NCBI GenBank assembly: GCA_945957385.1
Contig: CAMFKP010000002.1
Span: 50,458 to 114,457 of the forward strand
Direction: 5' to 3'
Length of the DNA: 64,000 bases
Source: an uncultured Aeromonadaceae bacterium
Lineage (GTDB): Bacteria; Pseudomonadota; Gammaproteobacteria; Enterobacterales; Aeromonadaceae
Part shown: positions 41,211 to 51,137 of the stretch, one piece after another
Numbering within the stretch: position 1 is the stretch's first letter
How the letters are laid out: every line of letters begins with the position of its first letter
Position numbers and translations under genes: made by a program
The notes under the pieces: model-generated
The model's input: the letters and a program-made list of their open reading frames with translations, nothing else
Database searches by the model: none
Told to the model about the DNA's origin: nothing

Positions 41211-42686
41211 ATGGGGTCACACGTACTGTTGTTCGATTATGTCAGCAATATCATAGGGCTGGCGCTGTTTGTCAGCTATGTCGTGCTGGTGGTGGGGATC
41301 GTGATGCGGGTAATCATGAACCGGCGTCCTATCGGGGTCTCTCTGGCCTGGCTGAGCCTGATCTTTACCATTCCGATCCTCGGCATCAGCTTGTATCTCC
41401 TGTTTGGCGAAATCCGCCTCGGGCGCAAACGGGTGGAACGCGCCAAGGCGCTGTATGAACCGTTGGCGCGCTGGATCCACGATCTGGTGGCCAGTTTTCC
41501 ACAGCAGCCGGCACGCGCCTCATCGGCAGCCGAACCGCTCAGCGAGCTGATCCTGACCCGCCTCGGCCAGCCGATGCTGGGGGGCAACAGCGTCACCTTG
41601 CTGGATGAGCCCAATGCCATCCTGTTTGCAATTGCCGAGGATATCCGCAGCGCCTCGGTGTCGTGTTATCTGGAATTTTATATCTGGCAAGCCGGTGGCT
41701 GGGCGGATCAGGTCGCCGAGGCGTTGGTGGGGGCGGCCGGGCGCGGGGTGGACTGTCGGGTGCTGCTGGACTCGGTCGGCAGCAAGTCCTTCTTCCGCAG
41801 CCAGTGGCCGGCACGCTTTGCCGAGGCCGGTATCAAGCTGGTGGAGGTGCTGCCGGTAGCCGGCTGGCGCATTCCACTGCAACGCCAGGATCTGCGCATG
41901 CACCGCAAGCTGGTGGTGATCGACGATCAAGTGGCTTATACCGGGTCGATGAATCTGGTGGATCCGCGCTTCTTTAAACAGAATGCCGGCGTCGGGCAGT
42001 GGATCGATGTGATGGTGCGCGTCCAGGGGCCGATCGTGCCGCTGATCTGGTCGCTATTCGTGCGCGATTGGGAGATGGAGACCGGCGAGCGCCTGCTGGA
42101 TTCACAGCAGCATAATCCGGAGTTTGACACCCACAGTGATCAGCATCTGCAACTGGTGCCCTCCGGACCCTTTACCGGTGGTGATTGTATCCAGCAAATC
42201 TTGCTGCTGGCGGTGTATCGCGCACGACGGCGCGTGGTGCTGACTACGCCTTATTTCGTGCCGGATGATCCCTTGGTCGCGGCGCTGCGTGCCGCCGCCG
42301 ATCGCGGTGTTCAGGTTCGGTTGATCCTACCGGCGCATAACGATTCGTTCATGGTGCGGCATGCCAGTGATGCCTTCATGACGGAATTGCTCGAGGCCGG
42401 CGTCGAAATCTACCGTTTCCAGAATGGGCTGCTGCATACCAAGAGTGTGTTGATTGATGATGCGATGGCGCTTTTTGGCACACTGAACCTCGATCGCCGC
42501 AGCTTGTGGCTCAACTTCGAAACCATGTTGCTGATCGACGATGCGCGCTTTGCCGGCCAACTGGCTGAGCTGCAACGAGGCTATATGCAGCAGGCGCGCC
42601 GTCTCTACCTGTCGGCCTGGAACAAACGGCCGTGGCGCAAGCGGCTATTGGAAAACGTGCTCTATCTGTTCAGTCCGCTGCTGTGA
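41211..42686 (+). CDS. cls: Cardiolipin synthase (ClsA type)
   Basis: Two N-terminal TMs, two HKD motifs (MHRKLVVID...GSMN; LHTKSVLID...GTLN); ATG 41211 after AGGAGG. Confidence 0.93.
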   Translation: MGSHVLLFDYVSNIIGLALFVSYVVLVVGIVMRVIMNRRPIGVSLAWLSLIFTIPILGISLYLLFGEIRLGRKRVERAKALYEPLARWIHDLVASFPQQPARASSAAEPLSELILTRLGQPMLGGNSVTLLDEPNAILFAIAEDIRSASVSCYLEFYIWQAGGWADQVAEALVGAAGRGVDCRVLLDSVGSKSFFRSQWPARFAEAGIKLVEVLPVAGWRIPLQRQDLRMHRKLVVIDDQVAYTGSMNLVDPRFFKQNAGVGQWIDVMVRVQGPIVPLIWSLFVRDWEMETGERLLDSQQHNPEFDTHSDQHLQLVPSGPFTGGDCIQQILLLAVYRARRRVVLTTPYFVPDDPLVAALRAAADRGVQVRLILPAHNDSFMVRHASDAFMTELLEAGVEIYRFQNGLLHTKSVLIDDAMALFGTLNLDRRSLWLNFETMLLIDDARFAGQLAELQRGYMQQARRLYLSAWNKRPWRKRLLENVLYLFSPLL

Positions 42687-42780
42687 TGGCTTGGCGTTTG
42701 GTGCCGCCTCTGGCAGAGTGTGCGCTTTGCCGGTTGCGCCAGGCGCCGGCACAGTTTATCAATCGGGATTGGACGGCAGG

Positions 42781-44049
42781 ATGCGCAGAGCAGTCAAAAT
42801 AGCGGGTGTGGGGTGTGTTGGCGTACTGGCGCTGGCAAGCGTTGGTCAGTGGCTGACAGGGTACTATCATGACCAGCAGCTGGATGCATGGCTGCAGCAG
42901 CTGCACTCCGTGCCCGGGCTCAGCGCGGTCTGGGAGCCGGATACCAATAACTGGTTGCAACGCGATGGAGCCTTGCAGTTGACGCTTGAGCCGCAGCTGG
43001 TGTGGCAGTTGTCGGCTGGCGCCTGGCAGCCCGCGGCGCCCGTCACGCTGCAATGGAATGTCAGCCAGCAGCTGTGGCCGTTTTATATCAGTGGTCGTGC
43101 CTATCTCGATTCCGATGTCGGCGCCTATCAACAGCTGCGTCTGCAGCAGGGCATTGCCTCGATTCCGCACAAACTGCGCTGGCATATCAATGGCCTGACC
43201 CGCCATTTCGATACGCGCCTGGCGGTGGCCGGGTTCGAACTGGAACAGGACGGGCTGCAGCTGACGATGGCCCCGTTGCAACTGCAGCTGGAAGGGCGGG
43301 GCGACAGGCTCTCCCTGCAACTGCAGTGGCAGGGTGGCAAACGTCAGCGGCAAGACCGGGCGGATTGGCAAGTCGAGCCGCTGTCCGTGGTTCAGGATTG
43401 GCATCAGCAGGATGGTTTCTGGGTCACACAACATCAGCAGTGGCAACTGCAGGGCCTGACATTGCCGGCAGTGGGTGTCGAGGTGCGCCAATTGGCCTGG
43501 CAACTCACCCGCCAGGATGATGAGGCCGCCTCGCGCCTGGATCTGACGGCCCAATTGGCTTGTCAGCAGTGCCAGTGGGCGGGCGGTGACGTCTTGGTGC
43601 AACAACTGCAGGCGCAGTTGCAGCTACGGCATCTGGATCGGCTGGCTTATCAGGCATTGTGGAATGGCCCCATGACCGGTGCGGTAGCGCAGTGGCAGAA
43701 GCTGGCGGCACTGCAGCAGCTGGTTAGTGCGGGGATGACGGTGACGATCCCGGAGGCCGCGGTGCATTATAACGGCGGTGAACTGCAGGTGAGCGCCGAT
43801 TTGCAACTCGCACGCGATCCGCGGCCGGTGCTCTCGGTCGCCAGTTTATTCTCGCGTCTTGAGGGACAGGCACAGCTGACGGCCTCCGAGGCCCTGATTC
43901 GGCAATGGTCGAATGCCCAGGCCATCCAACAGTGGCAACAGGCGGGCTATCTGCAACCGGTGGCCCAGGGGTGGTCCAGCCGGCTGCAGGCCAAGGACGG
44001 GCGCGTGACACTCAATGGTACCGCCTTGCCGGTTCAATCGGTGAGGTAA
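42781..44049 (+). CDS. YdgA/DUF945-like exported or membrane-anchored protein
   Basis: N-terminal hydrophobic anchor followed by W-TG, beta-rich Gln/Trp body, C-terminal KDGRVTLNG motif as seen in DUF945; divergent sequence. Confidence 0.6.
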   Translation: MRRAVKIAGVGCVGVLALASVGQWLTGYYHDQQLDAWLQQLHSVPGLSAVWEPDTNNWLQRDGALQLTLEPQLVWQLSAGAWQPAAPVTLQWNVSQQLWPFYISGRAYLDSDVGAYQQLRLQQGIASIPHKLRWHINGLTRHFDTRLAVAGFELEQDGLQLTMAPLQLQLEGRGDRLSLQLQWQGGKRQRQDRADWQVEPLSVVQDWHQQDGFWVTQHQQWQLQGLTLPAVGVEVRQLAWQLTRQDDEAASRLDLTAQLACQQCQWAGGDVLVQQLQAQLQLRHLDRLAYQALWNGPMTGAVAQWQKLAALQQLVSAGMTVTIPEAAVHYNGGELQVSADLQLARDPRPVLSVASLFSRLEGQAQLTASEALIRQWSNAQAIQQWQQAGYLQPVAQGWSSRLQAKDGRVTLNGTALPVQSVR

Positions 44050-44753
44050 TATTCCACGGTCGAGACGATGCGTACGCGTTTGATATAAGGCGTATTGCTG
44101 TCCCGATCTTCCACGCTGAACTGTCCCTGGCTGGCGCGCTTGATTTTGCCCAGCTTGCTGCCGGAGTCGTGGGCAAATTTTTCAGCCACTTCTCGGGCAT
44201 TGCGGGTGGCCTCTTCGATCATCGCTGGTTTGATGTTATTGAGGCCATTAAACAGAAACTGGGTGCGCACATCGTAGTCCTGGCCGCTGATGGCGATACC
44301 GTTTTGCCCCAGTTGCGCCAAGTTGGTCATCGCCTTGCGCACCATATCGATATCGGTGCTGTAGACCGTCAAGGTTGAGGTGCCGGCATAGCGGCCGTTG
44401 CGCACCTGCTCCTCGGAGAAGCCCTGTGCCTGTCGATCCTGAATACCGGGCACCGCAACCGAGATCTCATCGGCCTTGAACCCCTGCTGCTGCAGGAACA
44501 GACGGATTTTTTCGTTCTTTTGTTCGATGGCGCCATAGACTTCACCCAGATCGTTACTGACCTCGGTATAACGGATCGGCCAGATCGCGACATCGGCCGC
44601 CACCTCGCGCTCGGAGAGGCCTTTGACGGCAACGGTTCTATCCATGTCTTTGAATTGAATCATGCCTTCCGTCAACAGCACGCCAAATACCGTCATGCCG
44701 ACGCAGAACAGGGCTCCTAGCAGAACCGAACTGATGATATTGCGCTCTTGCAT
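44034..44753 (-). CDS. SIMPL domain (DUF541) protein
   Basis: RTVAVKGLSEREVAADVAIWPI, IKPAMIEEATRNAREVAEKFAHDSGSKLGKIKRASQGQF, KRVRIVSTVEY. Confidence 0.88.
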   Translation of the reverse strand: MQERNIISSVLLGALFCVGMTVFGVLLTEGMIQFKDMDRTVAVKGLSEREVAADVAIWPIRYTEVSNDLGEVYGAIEQKNEKIRLFLQQQGFKADEISVAVPGIQDRQAQGFSEEQVRNGRYAGTSTLTVYSTDIDMVRKAMTNLAQLGQNGIAISGQDYDVRTQFLFNGLNNIKPAMIEEATRNAREVAEKFAHDSGSKLGKIKRASQGQFSVEDRDSNTPYIKRVRIVSTVEYYLTD

Positions 44754-44816
44754 ACAGACTCCTAATCCAGAGGGGCTGTTTTTCAGTCTAACCTCTGGTT
44801 TCGCTCGAGAACAGAC

Positions 44817-44850
44817 GAAAACGCAGAAGGCTCCCGCGGGAGCCTTCTGC
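44817..44850 (-). terminator. Terminator after purU
   Basis: GCAGAAGGCTCC-cgcg-GGAGCCTTCTGC, followed on the minus strand by GTTTTC. Confidence 0.7.
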
Positions 44851-44873
44851 TGACAACGCCGTTGAGACTGGGT

Positions 44874-45710
44874 TTACTTAAAGACCACTGTCTTGTTGCC
44901 ATAGACAAACACACGTTCATCCAGCACATGGGCCAGGGCGCGTGACAACACGGAACGTTCGCCATCACGGCCGGCCTTGGCCATGTCTTCCGCGCTGAAA
45001 GAGTGGTTCACATGGATCACATCCTGTTCAATGATCGGGCCTTCATCGAGATCGTCGGTGACGAAGTGAGCCGTGGCACCGATGATTTTGACGCCGCGGT
45101 CAAAGGCTTGCTGGTAAGGGCGAGCACCGATAAACGCCGGCAGGAACGAGTGGTGAATGTTGATGATACGGCGGCGATAGGCGGAGACGAACTCAGGGGT
45201 CAGTACCCGCATGTACTTGGCTAACACCACATAATCGGGGTGATATTGGTCAATAATCGCACGGACCTGCTGTTCGTGCGTTTCACGGCTCAAGCCATCG
45301 TGGCTGACCGTGTGGAACGGAATCCCAAATTTGCCGGTCAGTTCAGCCAGCGAGTCGTAGTTGCCGATGACGGCAGCGATGTCGACATCCAGTGCACCGG
45401 AATAGCTTTTCATCAGGATGTCACCAAGGCAGTGGGACTCCTTGGTCACCAGAATCACCAGACGCTTACGACCGACCGGGATCAGACGACGATCCGAGCC
45501 TTCCGGCAGGGCATCATCGAGATCTTCAAGGAATGTTTCGTCATTGAACCGGCCTTCCAGTACGGTGCGCATGAAGAAACGTCCCTGCTCGTGGGTCACG
45601 AACTCATCGTTCTTGATGATATTGAGCTGGTGCTTGTAACAAATGTTGGTGATCTTGGCGATCAGCCCTTTGGCATCCGGGCAGTCGGTCAGCAGTATTT
45701 TCCGTTCCAT
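44874..45710 (-). CDS. purU: Formyltetrahydrofolate deformylase
   Basis: ACT domain (CPDAKGLIAKI), VLAKYMRVL, INIHHSFLPAFIGARPY, GATAHFVTDDLDEGPII. Confidence 0.97.
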   Translation of the reverse strand: MERKILLTDCPDAKGLIAKITNICYKHQLNIIKNDEFVTHEQGRFFMRTVLEGRFNDETFLEDLDDALPEGSDRRLIPVGRKRLVILVTKESHCLGDILMKSYSGALDVDIAAVIGNYDSLAELTGKFGIPFHTVSHDGLSRETHEQQVRAIIDQYHPDYVVLAKYMRVLTPEFVSAYRRRIINIHHSFLPAFIGARPYQQAFDRGVKIIGATAHFVTDDLDEGPIIEQDVIHVNHSFSAEDMAKAGRDGERSVLSRALAHVLDERVFVYGNKTVVFK

Positions 45711-45870
45711 CTGTGGAGAATTCCTTTAAGTCCAACGGCAAAGCTTGTGGCCGAACACTATGCCATAAATCAGTGGTATTTCCAGATGTGGCGCCCTGCT
45801 GGCGCAATAAAATCGTGCAGCTGCGGCAAGTGAGGGCAGGGATGACGGGCACAAGTTGGTGCATTGGCAG

Positions 45871-45900
45871 AAAATAAAACGGCCCACGAGTGTGGGCCGT
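45871..45900 (-). terminator. Terminator of the nucleoside ABC operon
   Basis: ACGGCCCAC-N4-GTGGGCCGT, followed on the minus strand by TTTATTTT. Confidence 0.75.
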
Positions 45901-45919
45901 CGAAATCATCACGGCGGGG

Positions 45920-46885
45920 TTATTCCCGCTCCTTCACGTATGGGGTGCCCAGCGCTTTAGGGGCGACGGCCCGGCCGATGAACCCAGCCAGCAGGAACAC
46001 GGTCAACATATACGGGATGGCTTCAATGAACTGCACCGGGATTTCGAAGCCGGCGATTTGTACCCCTTGCAGGCGGATCGCCACGGCATCCAGAAAACCG
46101 AACAGCAGACAGGCGCCCATCGCCGGCCATGGCCGCCATTTACCAAAGACCAGTGCGGCCAGTGCCATGAAGCCTTTGCCGGCGCTCATGTTCGGGATGA
46201 ACTGTGCTGTTTGGGCTACGGCAAGGTAGGTACCACCGAGCCCGGCGAGCAGGCCGCCGATCATCAGTGCGGTATAGCGCAGGCGCACGACCGAGATACC
46301 GGCGGTATCGACAGCAGCTGGCGCTTCACCCACGGCCCTCAGGCGCAAACCAAAGCGGGTACGGAACAAGACCCACCAGGCGAGCGGTACTATGGCCAGA
46401 GCCAGGTATTCCAGCATCGAGTGGCCGCTGGTCAATTCAGAGTACAGCTGCCCGATCACCGGCACATCGGCCAGCTGTTTTTCAAACGGCAACGAGATCG
46501 GTGCAAACCGGGCATCGCCGGACAGAGCCGGAGTTTGCCCGCCCTGATCGAACCAGTAACGGCCCAGCGTAATGGTCAGGCCCGCGGCCAGAATGTTGAT
46601 CGCCATACCGCTGACCACCTGGTCACCCCGGTGGGTTATGGTGGCAAAGCCATGTAGCAGCGCCAGCATGACGGAGGCGGCAACACCGGCGCCTAATCCC
46701 ATCCAGGCTGAACCCGTGACGGCCGCGGTGGCACCACTGGCGAAAGCGGCGGCCAACAATTTCCCTTCCAGCGCTATGTTGACGACGCCGGAGCGCTCAC
46801 AGAACATGCCGGCCATCGCGGCAAAGATCAGTGGTGGTGCGACTCGAATCGTGGAGTCGAGCATCAGAATCAGGGTTTCAAACAT
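45920..46885 (-). CDS. Nucleoside/sugar ABC transporter permease (NupC-like)
   Basis: ERSGVVNIALEG, FGLRLRAVGE, GKGFMALAALVFG, PKALGTPY. Confidence 0.88.
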   Translation of the reverse strand: MFETLILMLDSTIRVAPPLIFAAMAGMFCERSGVVNIALEGKLLAAAFASGATAAVTGSAWMGLGAGVAASVMLALLHGFATITHRGDQVVSGMAINILAAGLTITLGRYWFDQGGQTPALSGDARFAPISLPFEKQLADVPVIGQLYSELTSGHSMLEYLALAIVPLAWWVLFRTRFGLRLRAVGEAPAAVDTAGISVVRLRYTALMIGGLLAGLGGTYLAVAQTAQFIPNMSAGKGFMALAALVFGKWRPWPAMGACLLFGFLDAVAIRLQGVQIAGFEIPVQFIEAIPYMLTVFLLAGFIGRAVAPKALGTPYVKERE

Positions 46886-46888
46886 GAT

Positions 46889-47992
46889 TTATGCTTCCCC
46901 TTTGCGAGTCAGAGATAAATACAGCGCTTCGATGCGCGGGCGGAACATGTGCTCCAAGGCGCCGGAGAACAGGATTACCAGCCCCTGGAGTACGACGACG
47001 ATGTTACGGTCAACACCAAATTCGAAGCTCAGCTCGGCCCCGCCTTGATAGAGGAAACCAAACAGCAAACTAGCCAGAATCACGCCGATCGGGTGGTTGC
47101 GCCCCATTAATGCCACCGCAATGCCGGTGAAGCCGAAGCCTTCGACAAAGTTCAGCTTGATCTGGTGCAATTCCCCCTGCAGCACGTTCAATGCAAAGAA
47201 GCCTGCCAGCATGCCGGAGATGAGCATCGCCACCATGACGACACGTGAATAGCGGATGCCTGCATAAGCCGAGGCGCTGTGATTGGCGCCGACAGAACGT
47301 AATTCATAGCCCCAGCGGGTGCGCCAGATGAACAGCCAAACCAAGAGGGCACAGATCAACGCCCAGAAGAAACTCAGGTTCAGTGGACTTGGCGATAGCT
47401 CAAGGCCCAGCGGCGCCAGCAGGTCGGTCATCTTTGGCAACCAGGCGGCTTCGGCAAAGACCCGGCTTTCCGGTGCCATGGTGCCGGCCGGCTTGAAGAC
47501 ATCCACCAACAGGTAGGCCATCAGCGCCGACGCGATGAAGTTGAACATGATCGTCGTGATGACGATATGGCTACCGCGCTTGGCTTGTAGCCAGGCAGGA
47601 ATAAAGGCCCAGGCCGCCCCGAACAGGCCACCGGTGACAATCGCCAGCGGTAACAGCAAGGCAAACGGTAATTTGTCACCCAGCAGTAGACAGACCAATC
47701 CGACCCCGAGACCGCCGATATAGGCTTGGCCTTCGCCACCAATGTTAAACAGACCGGCGTGGAAGGCGATCGCGACCGCTAGACCGGTGAAGATAAAACC
47801 GGTCGCATAATAGAGGGTAAAGCCGATGCCTTCACTGTTGCTGAACGCGCCTTCCCACATGATCTTTGCCGCTTCCAGCGGGCTGATATCGAGGTAGTAA
47901 AATAGGATGGCCGATACGGCAAAGGCCATCAGGATGTTGACGGTGGGCAGCACGCCAACCGTAATCCACGCCGGGATACGTGTTTGACTCAT
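46889..47992 (-). CDS. Nucleoside/sugar ABC transporter permease (NupB-like)
   Basis: GLFNIGGEGQ, WGYELRSVGAN, GFTGIAVALMGRNHP. Confidence 0.88.
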   Translation of the reverse strand: MSQTRIPAWITVGVLPTVNILMAFAVSAILFYYLDISPLEAAKIMWEGAFSNSEGIGFTLYYATGFIFTGLAVAIAFHAGLFNIGGEGQAYIGGLGVGLVCLLLGDKLPFALLLPLAIVTGGLFGAAWAFIPAWLQAKRGSHIVITTIMFNFIASALMAYLLVDVFKPAGTMAPESRVFAEAAWLPKMTDLLAPLGLELSPSPLNLSFFWALICALLVWLFIWRTRWGYELRSVGANHSASAYAGIRYSRVVMVAMLISGMLAGFFALNVLQGELHQIKLNFVEGFGFTGIAVALMGRNHPIGVILASLLFGFLYQGGAELSFEFGVDRNIVVVLQGLVILFSGALEHMFRPRIEALYLSLTRKGEA

Positions 47993-49557
47993 GGGGTGAT
48001 CTCCGCTGCGGTGGATGGTTTGAGGTGTTCCGGCACTATGTTGGCCATCATCAGGCCAAGCGTGCGCTCATCGGCCTCGGCGGCCGAGACTTCGCCGACG
48101 ATGGCGCCATCGGCCATCACAAGAATACGATCGGCAAGGGAGAGGATTTCATCCAGCTCGACCGAAACCAGTAAGACGGCCTTACCTTTGTCGCGCATTG
48201 CGATCACTTGCTGGTGAATGTATTCAATGGCACCGATATCGACGCCGCGGGTAGGTTGACCGATTAACAGCACATCCGGGTCCTGTTCGACTTCACGAGC
48301 GATGACCAGTTTTTGCTGGTTACCGCCGGAGAAGTTAGCTGTTTTCAGTGTCGGAATGGGTGGCCGCACATCCCATTTGGTCATCTTGTCCTGGCACTCC
48401 GCCAGAATCGTTGCTTTGTCCTGCAGGACTCCCCGGTTATACAGGGGGCGATCGTGGTAGCCGAGAATGTAGGCTTCTTGGGCTTCGAAGCGATTAATCA
48501 GCCCCATCTTGTGGCGATCTTCCGGCACGTGTCCCAAGCCGTAGTGGCGGACTTGACGCGGGTCCGCTGGTGCTTCGGAAGTGACGCTGTGCTGACCGAT
48601 AGTGAATTCACCGGCGGTCGGCTGCAAAATCCCTCCCAGCAGACTGAGTAATTCGGATTGACCGTTGCCAGAGACGCCGGCGATGCCAACGACTTCACCG
48701 GCATGGACGGTAAAGCTTGCCGCTTTGACTCGGGCGACACCGGCCGCATCGACGTAGGTCAGGTTTCGGGCTTGCAGCAAGGCTTGTCCTGGTTGTGCGG
48801 GTTGCTTATCGACCTTGAGACGCACCTTGCGCCCGACCATCAACTCGGCCAACTCTTCCTTGTTGGTTGCCGAGGTCGCGACATGGGCCACCATTTCACC
48901 ACGGCGCATGATGGAGACGTGATCAGTGATGGCGAGGATTTCCCGCAATTTATGGGTGATCAGGATGACCGTGGTACCTTGATCGCGCAGCTTGCGCAGG
49001 ATCTCGAACAGGTGATCGGCTTCCTGAGGGGTCAGGACGCCGGTGGGTTCGTCAAGAATCAAGATGTTAGCTTGACGGTAAAGTGCCTTGAGGATTTCTA
49101 CGCGCTGCTGCAGTCCGACCGGCAGGTTCTCGATGCGTTCATGCAGAGGCACATCCAGCCCGTAGCGACTGGCCAGCTCTTTGAGCATCTTCTCGGCGGA
49201 GGCCATGCTCTTACCCAGGTGCCAACCACCTTCTGCTCCGAGAATGACATTCTCGAGCACGGTAAAGTTATTCACCAGCATGAAGTGCTGGTGAACCATG
49301 CCAATACCAGCCGCGATGGCATCCTGGGAGCCATGGGGACGGAACGGTTGGCCGTCGATCAGCATCTGGCCACTGTCGGCATGGTAGAAACCATAGATGA
49401 TGCTCATCAGAGTCGACTTGCCGGCGCCATTTTCGCCGACGATGCCGTGAATGCTGCCTTTGCGAACTTGCAGATCGATATGTCGATTGGCGTGGACCTC
49501 GCCAAAGCGTTTATCAATGCCGTTGAGCTCAATGGCAAAGTGTGCTGTTTGTTCCAC
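47989..49557 (-). CDS. CUT2-family ABC ATPase with two fused NBDs (NupA-like)
   Basis: GENGAGKST, LILDEPT, FSGGNQQK, QPTRGVDIGA; GTG 49557 is the likely start (uncertain). Confidence 0.9.
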   Translation of the reverse strand: MEQTAHFAIELNGIDKRFGEVHANRHIDLQVRKGSIHGIVGENGAGKSTLMSIIYGFYHADSGQMLIDGQPFRPHGSQDAIAAGIGMVHQHFMLVNNFTVLENVILGAEGGWHLGKSMASAEKMLKELASRYGLDVPLHERIENLPVGLQQRVEILKALYRQANILILDEPTGVLTPQEADHLFEILRKLRDQGTTVILITHKLREILAITDHVSIMRRGEMVAHVATSATNKEELAELMVGRKVRLKVDKQPAQPGQALLQARNLTYVDAAGVARVKAASFTVHAGEVVGIAGVSGNGQSELLSLLGGILQPTAGEFTIGQHSVTSEAPADPRQVRHYGLGHVPEDRHKMGLINRFEAQEAYILGYHDRPLYNRGVLQDKATILAECQDKMTKWDVRPPIPTLKTANFSGGNQQKLVIAREVEQDPDVLLIGQPTRGVDIGAIEYIHQQVIAMRDKGKAVLLVSVELDEILSLADRILVMADGAIVGEVSAAEADERTLGLMMANIVPEHLKPSTAAEITP

Positions 49558-49603
49558 GATAAGGGGTTCCCGAATAGTGCTGTGATGACCTGAGAATAGG
49601 CAA

Positions 49604-49628
49604 TAAAAGACCGGCCTCCATGGGCCGG
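49604..49628 (-). other. Stem-loop after the binding-protein gene (stabiliser or partial terminator)
   Basis: CCGGCC-N6-GGCCGG, followed on the minus strand by TCTTTTA. Confidence 0.5.
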
Positions 49629-49653
49629 CCATTTATGCGGAGCCCGGGACGAC

Positions 49654-50652
49654 TCAGTACTTGCAGCCGTTATCTGCCATGTAGTCGTGTACCTTGATCT
49701 TGCCGGCAATGATGTCCGCCTTGATAGCATCGACCTTGGCTTTCATCTCAGGGGTGATCAACTTCTCGTTGTCCTTATCCAACGACCAGTCGACACCGTT
49801 CTCAGCCAGCCCCAGCACCTTGATGCCCGGCTTCCACGTGCCCTTGGCGGCATCGTCCCAGGTGGTGTAGGCGGCCAGCCCCACGCTCTTGACCATGGAC
49901 GTTAGCATGGTGCCAGGTTGCAAGTGGTTCTGGTTGGAGTCGACACCGATGGCCAGTTTGCCTTCGTCCTTGGCGGCCTGATAAACACCAATGCCTGTGC
50001 CGCCAGCTGCGGCATAAACAACATCCGCGCCCTTGGCAAATTGGGACTTGGCCAATTCGCCACCCTTGGCTGGGTCAGCGAAGGCCGCTGGAGTGGAACC
50101 CGTCATGTTCTGGAACACATCAATCTTAGGATTGACGTACTTGGCACCTTGCTCGTAACCACATTCGAACTTGCGGATCAACGGGATATCCATGCCACCG
50201 ACGAAGCCCACTTTCCCGGTTTTGGAGGCCATGGCCGCCAGTGCGCCGACAAGGAATGAGCCTTCATGTTCTTTAAACACCACAGACTGGACGTTGGGCT
50301 TGTCAACAACCATATCGATGATGGTGAATTGGGTCTTCGGGAACTCGGTAGCGACTTTCTCTACCGCAGAGGCGAAGTTGAAACCGACTGCAACGATCGG
50401 GCCGTAACCACGGCTGGCCAGACGGCGCAGACCCTGTTCACGTTGTGCCTCGTTTTGTGGTTCGAATTCCTTAACGGCGATGCCTTTATCCTTTTTGTAA
50501 ATCTCGACCCCGTTGCGGAAGACCGCCTCGTTGAACGATTTATCGAACTTGCCGGCAGAGTCGTAAACGACGGCCGGTTCTGAAGCAGCATGGGCCGACA
50601 GGGCTGACAGCGTCAGGGCAGTCAGGGTGGCGAGCTTGAATGTCTTGATCAC
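49654..50652 (-). CDS. BMP/PnrA-family ABC substrate-binding protein (nucleoside/purine)
   Basis: Sec signal ending AHA; KFDKSFN, EHEGSFLVG, GADVVYAAAGGTGIG, IGVDSNQ; GTG start after AAGGA. Confidence 0.9.
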   Translation of the reverse strand: MIKTFKLATLTALTLSALSAHAASEPAVVYDSAGKFDKSFNEAVFRNGVEIYKKDKGIAVKEFEPQNEAQREQGLRRLASRGYGPIVAVGFNFASAVEKVATEFPKTQFTIIDMVVDKPNVQSVVFKEHEGSFLVGALAAMASKTGKVGFVGGMDIPLIRKFECGYEQGAKYVNPKIDVFQNMTGSTPAAFADPAKGGELAKSQFAKGADVVYAAAGGTGIGVYQAAKDEGKLAIGVDSNQNHLQPGTMLTSMVKSVGLAAYTTWDDAAKGTWKPGIKVLGLAENGVDWSLDKDNEKLITPEMKAKVDAIKADIIAGKIKVHDYMADNGCKY

Positions 50653-50715
50653 GATCGTGTGTCCTTATTTTTGTATGATTCCGCGTCACAGCAAGGGGGA
50701 GTCCTGGCCGCAACC

Positions 50716-50771
50716 ACTCTATGTTAGCAGCAATCCCGGTCAAGTTTGATGCTTAAGAAAACCGATTGCGC
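50716..50771 (-). promoter_or_regulatory. Promoter of the BMP-Nup operon with an upstream PurR-like box
   Basis: Minus strand TTGACC-16-TAGAGT (50743-50716); GCGCAATCGGTTTTCT (50771-50756) resembles the PurR consensus ACGCAAACGTTTKCGT. Confidence 0.6.
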
Positions 50772-51001
50772 TATTAGTTTACAAATTGTTCAGGCACGGC
50801 GGGAAGCCGCAGTAACTGATAAGGCAAAAAAGATGCCAGAGATGGTTATAAGTGACTCGTTTACGCGATCTGATAATTCACTCGCCTGTTCTATGTGATT
50901 GTCGGTTATCGGTTAATGACGGCGAAAATCAACGCGTTTTTAGGGGCGTGCAACGTCGGCACCACTATTTTGTTGGCGTTGTTCGGGAAATCACGGATGC
51001 C

Positions 51002-51029
51002 TTGCTCATGGCTGGCGAGATGTTAAGAT
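51002..51029 (+). promoter_or_regulatory. Putative sigma70 promoter of the polysaccharide locus
   Basis: TTGCTC-16-TAAGAT with an extended -10 TG (TGtTAAGAT). Confidence 0.5.
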
Positions 51030-51103
51030 AGCAGCCCAATAGCGCCATGAATGTCATGACGGGAAATAAAGCTTTATTTTTCAATTTGTTATTTAGTTTT
51101 ACC

Positions 51104-51137
51104 GCGGTGTGGCAGCGGCAAGCCAGGGGCGGTAGCC
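51104..51137 (+). promoter_or_regulatory. JUMPstart/ops element (RfaH loading site)
   Basis: ...GGCAGCGGCAAGCCAGGGGCGGTAGC with ops GGCGGTAG at 51128-51135, upstream of a long co-directional polysaccharide operon. Confidence 0.85.

Noticed and set aside
43676-43692. ops-like GCGGTAGC sequences at 43681 and 23650
   Set aside because: They lack the full GGCGGTAG and JUMPstart context and lie inside coding sequences.
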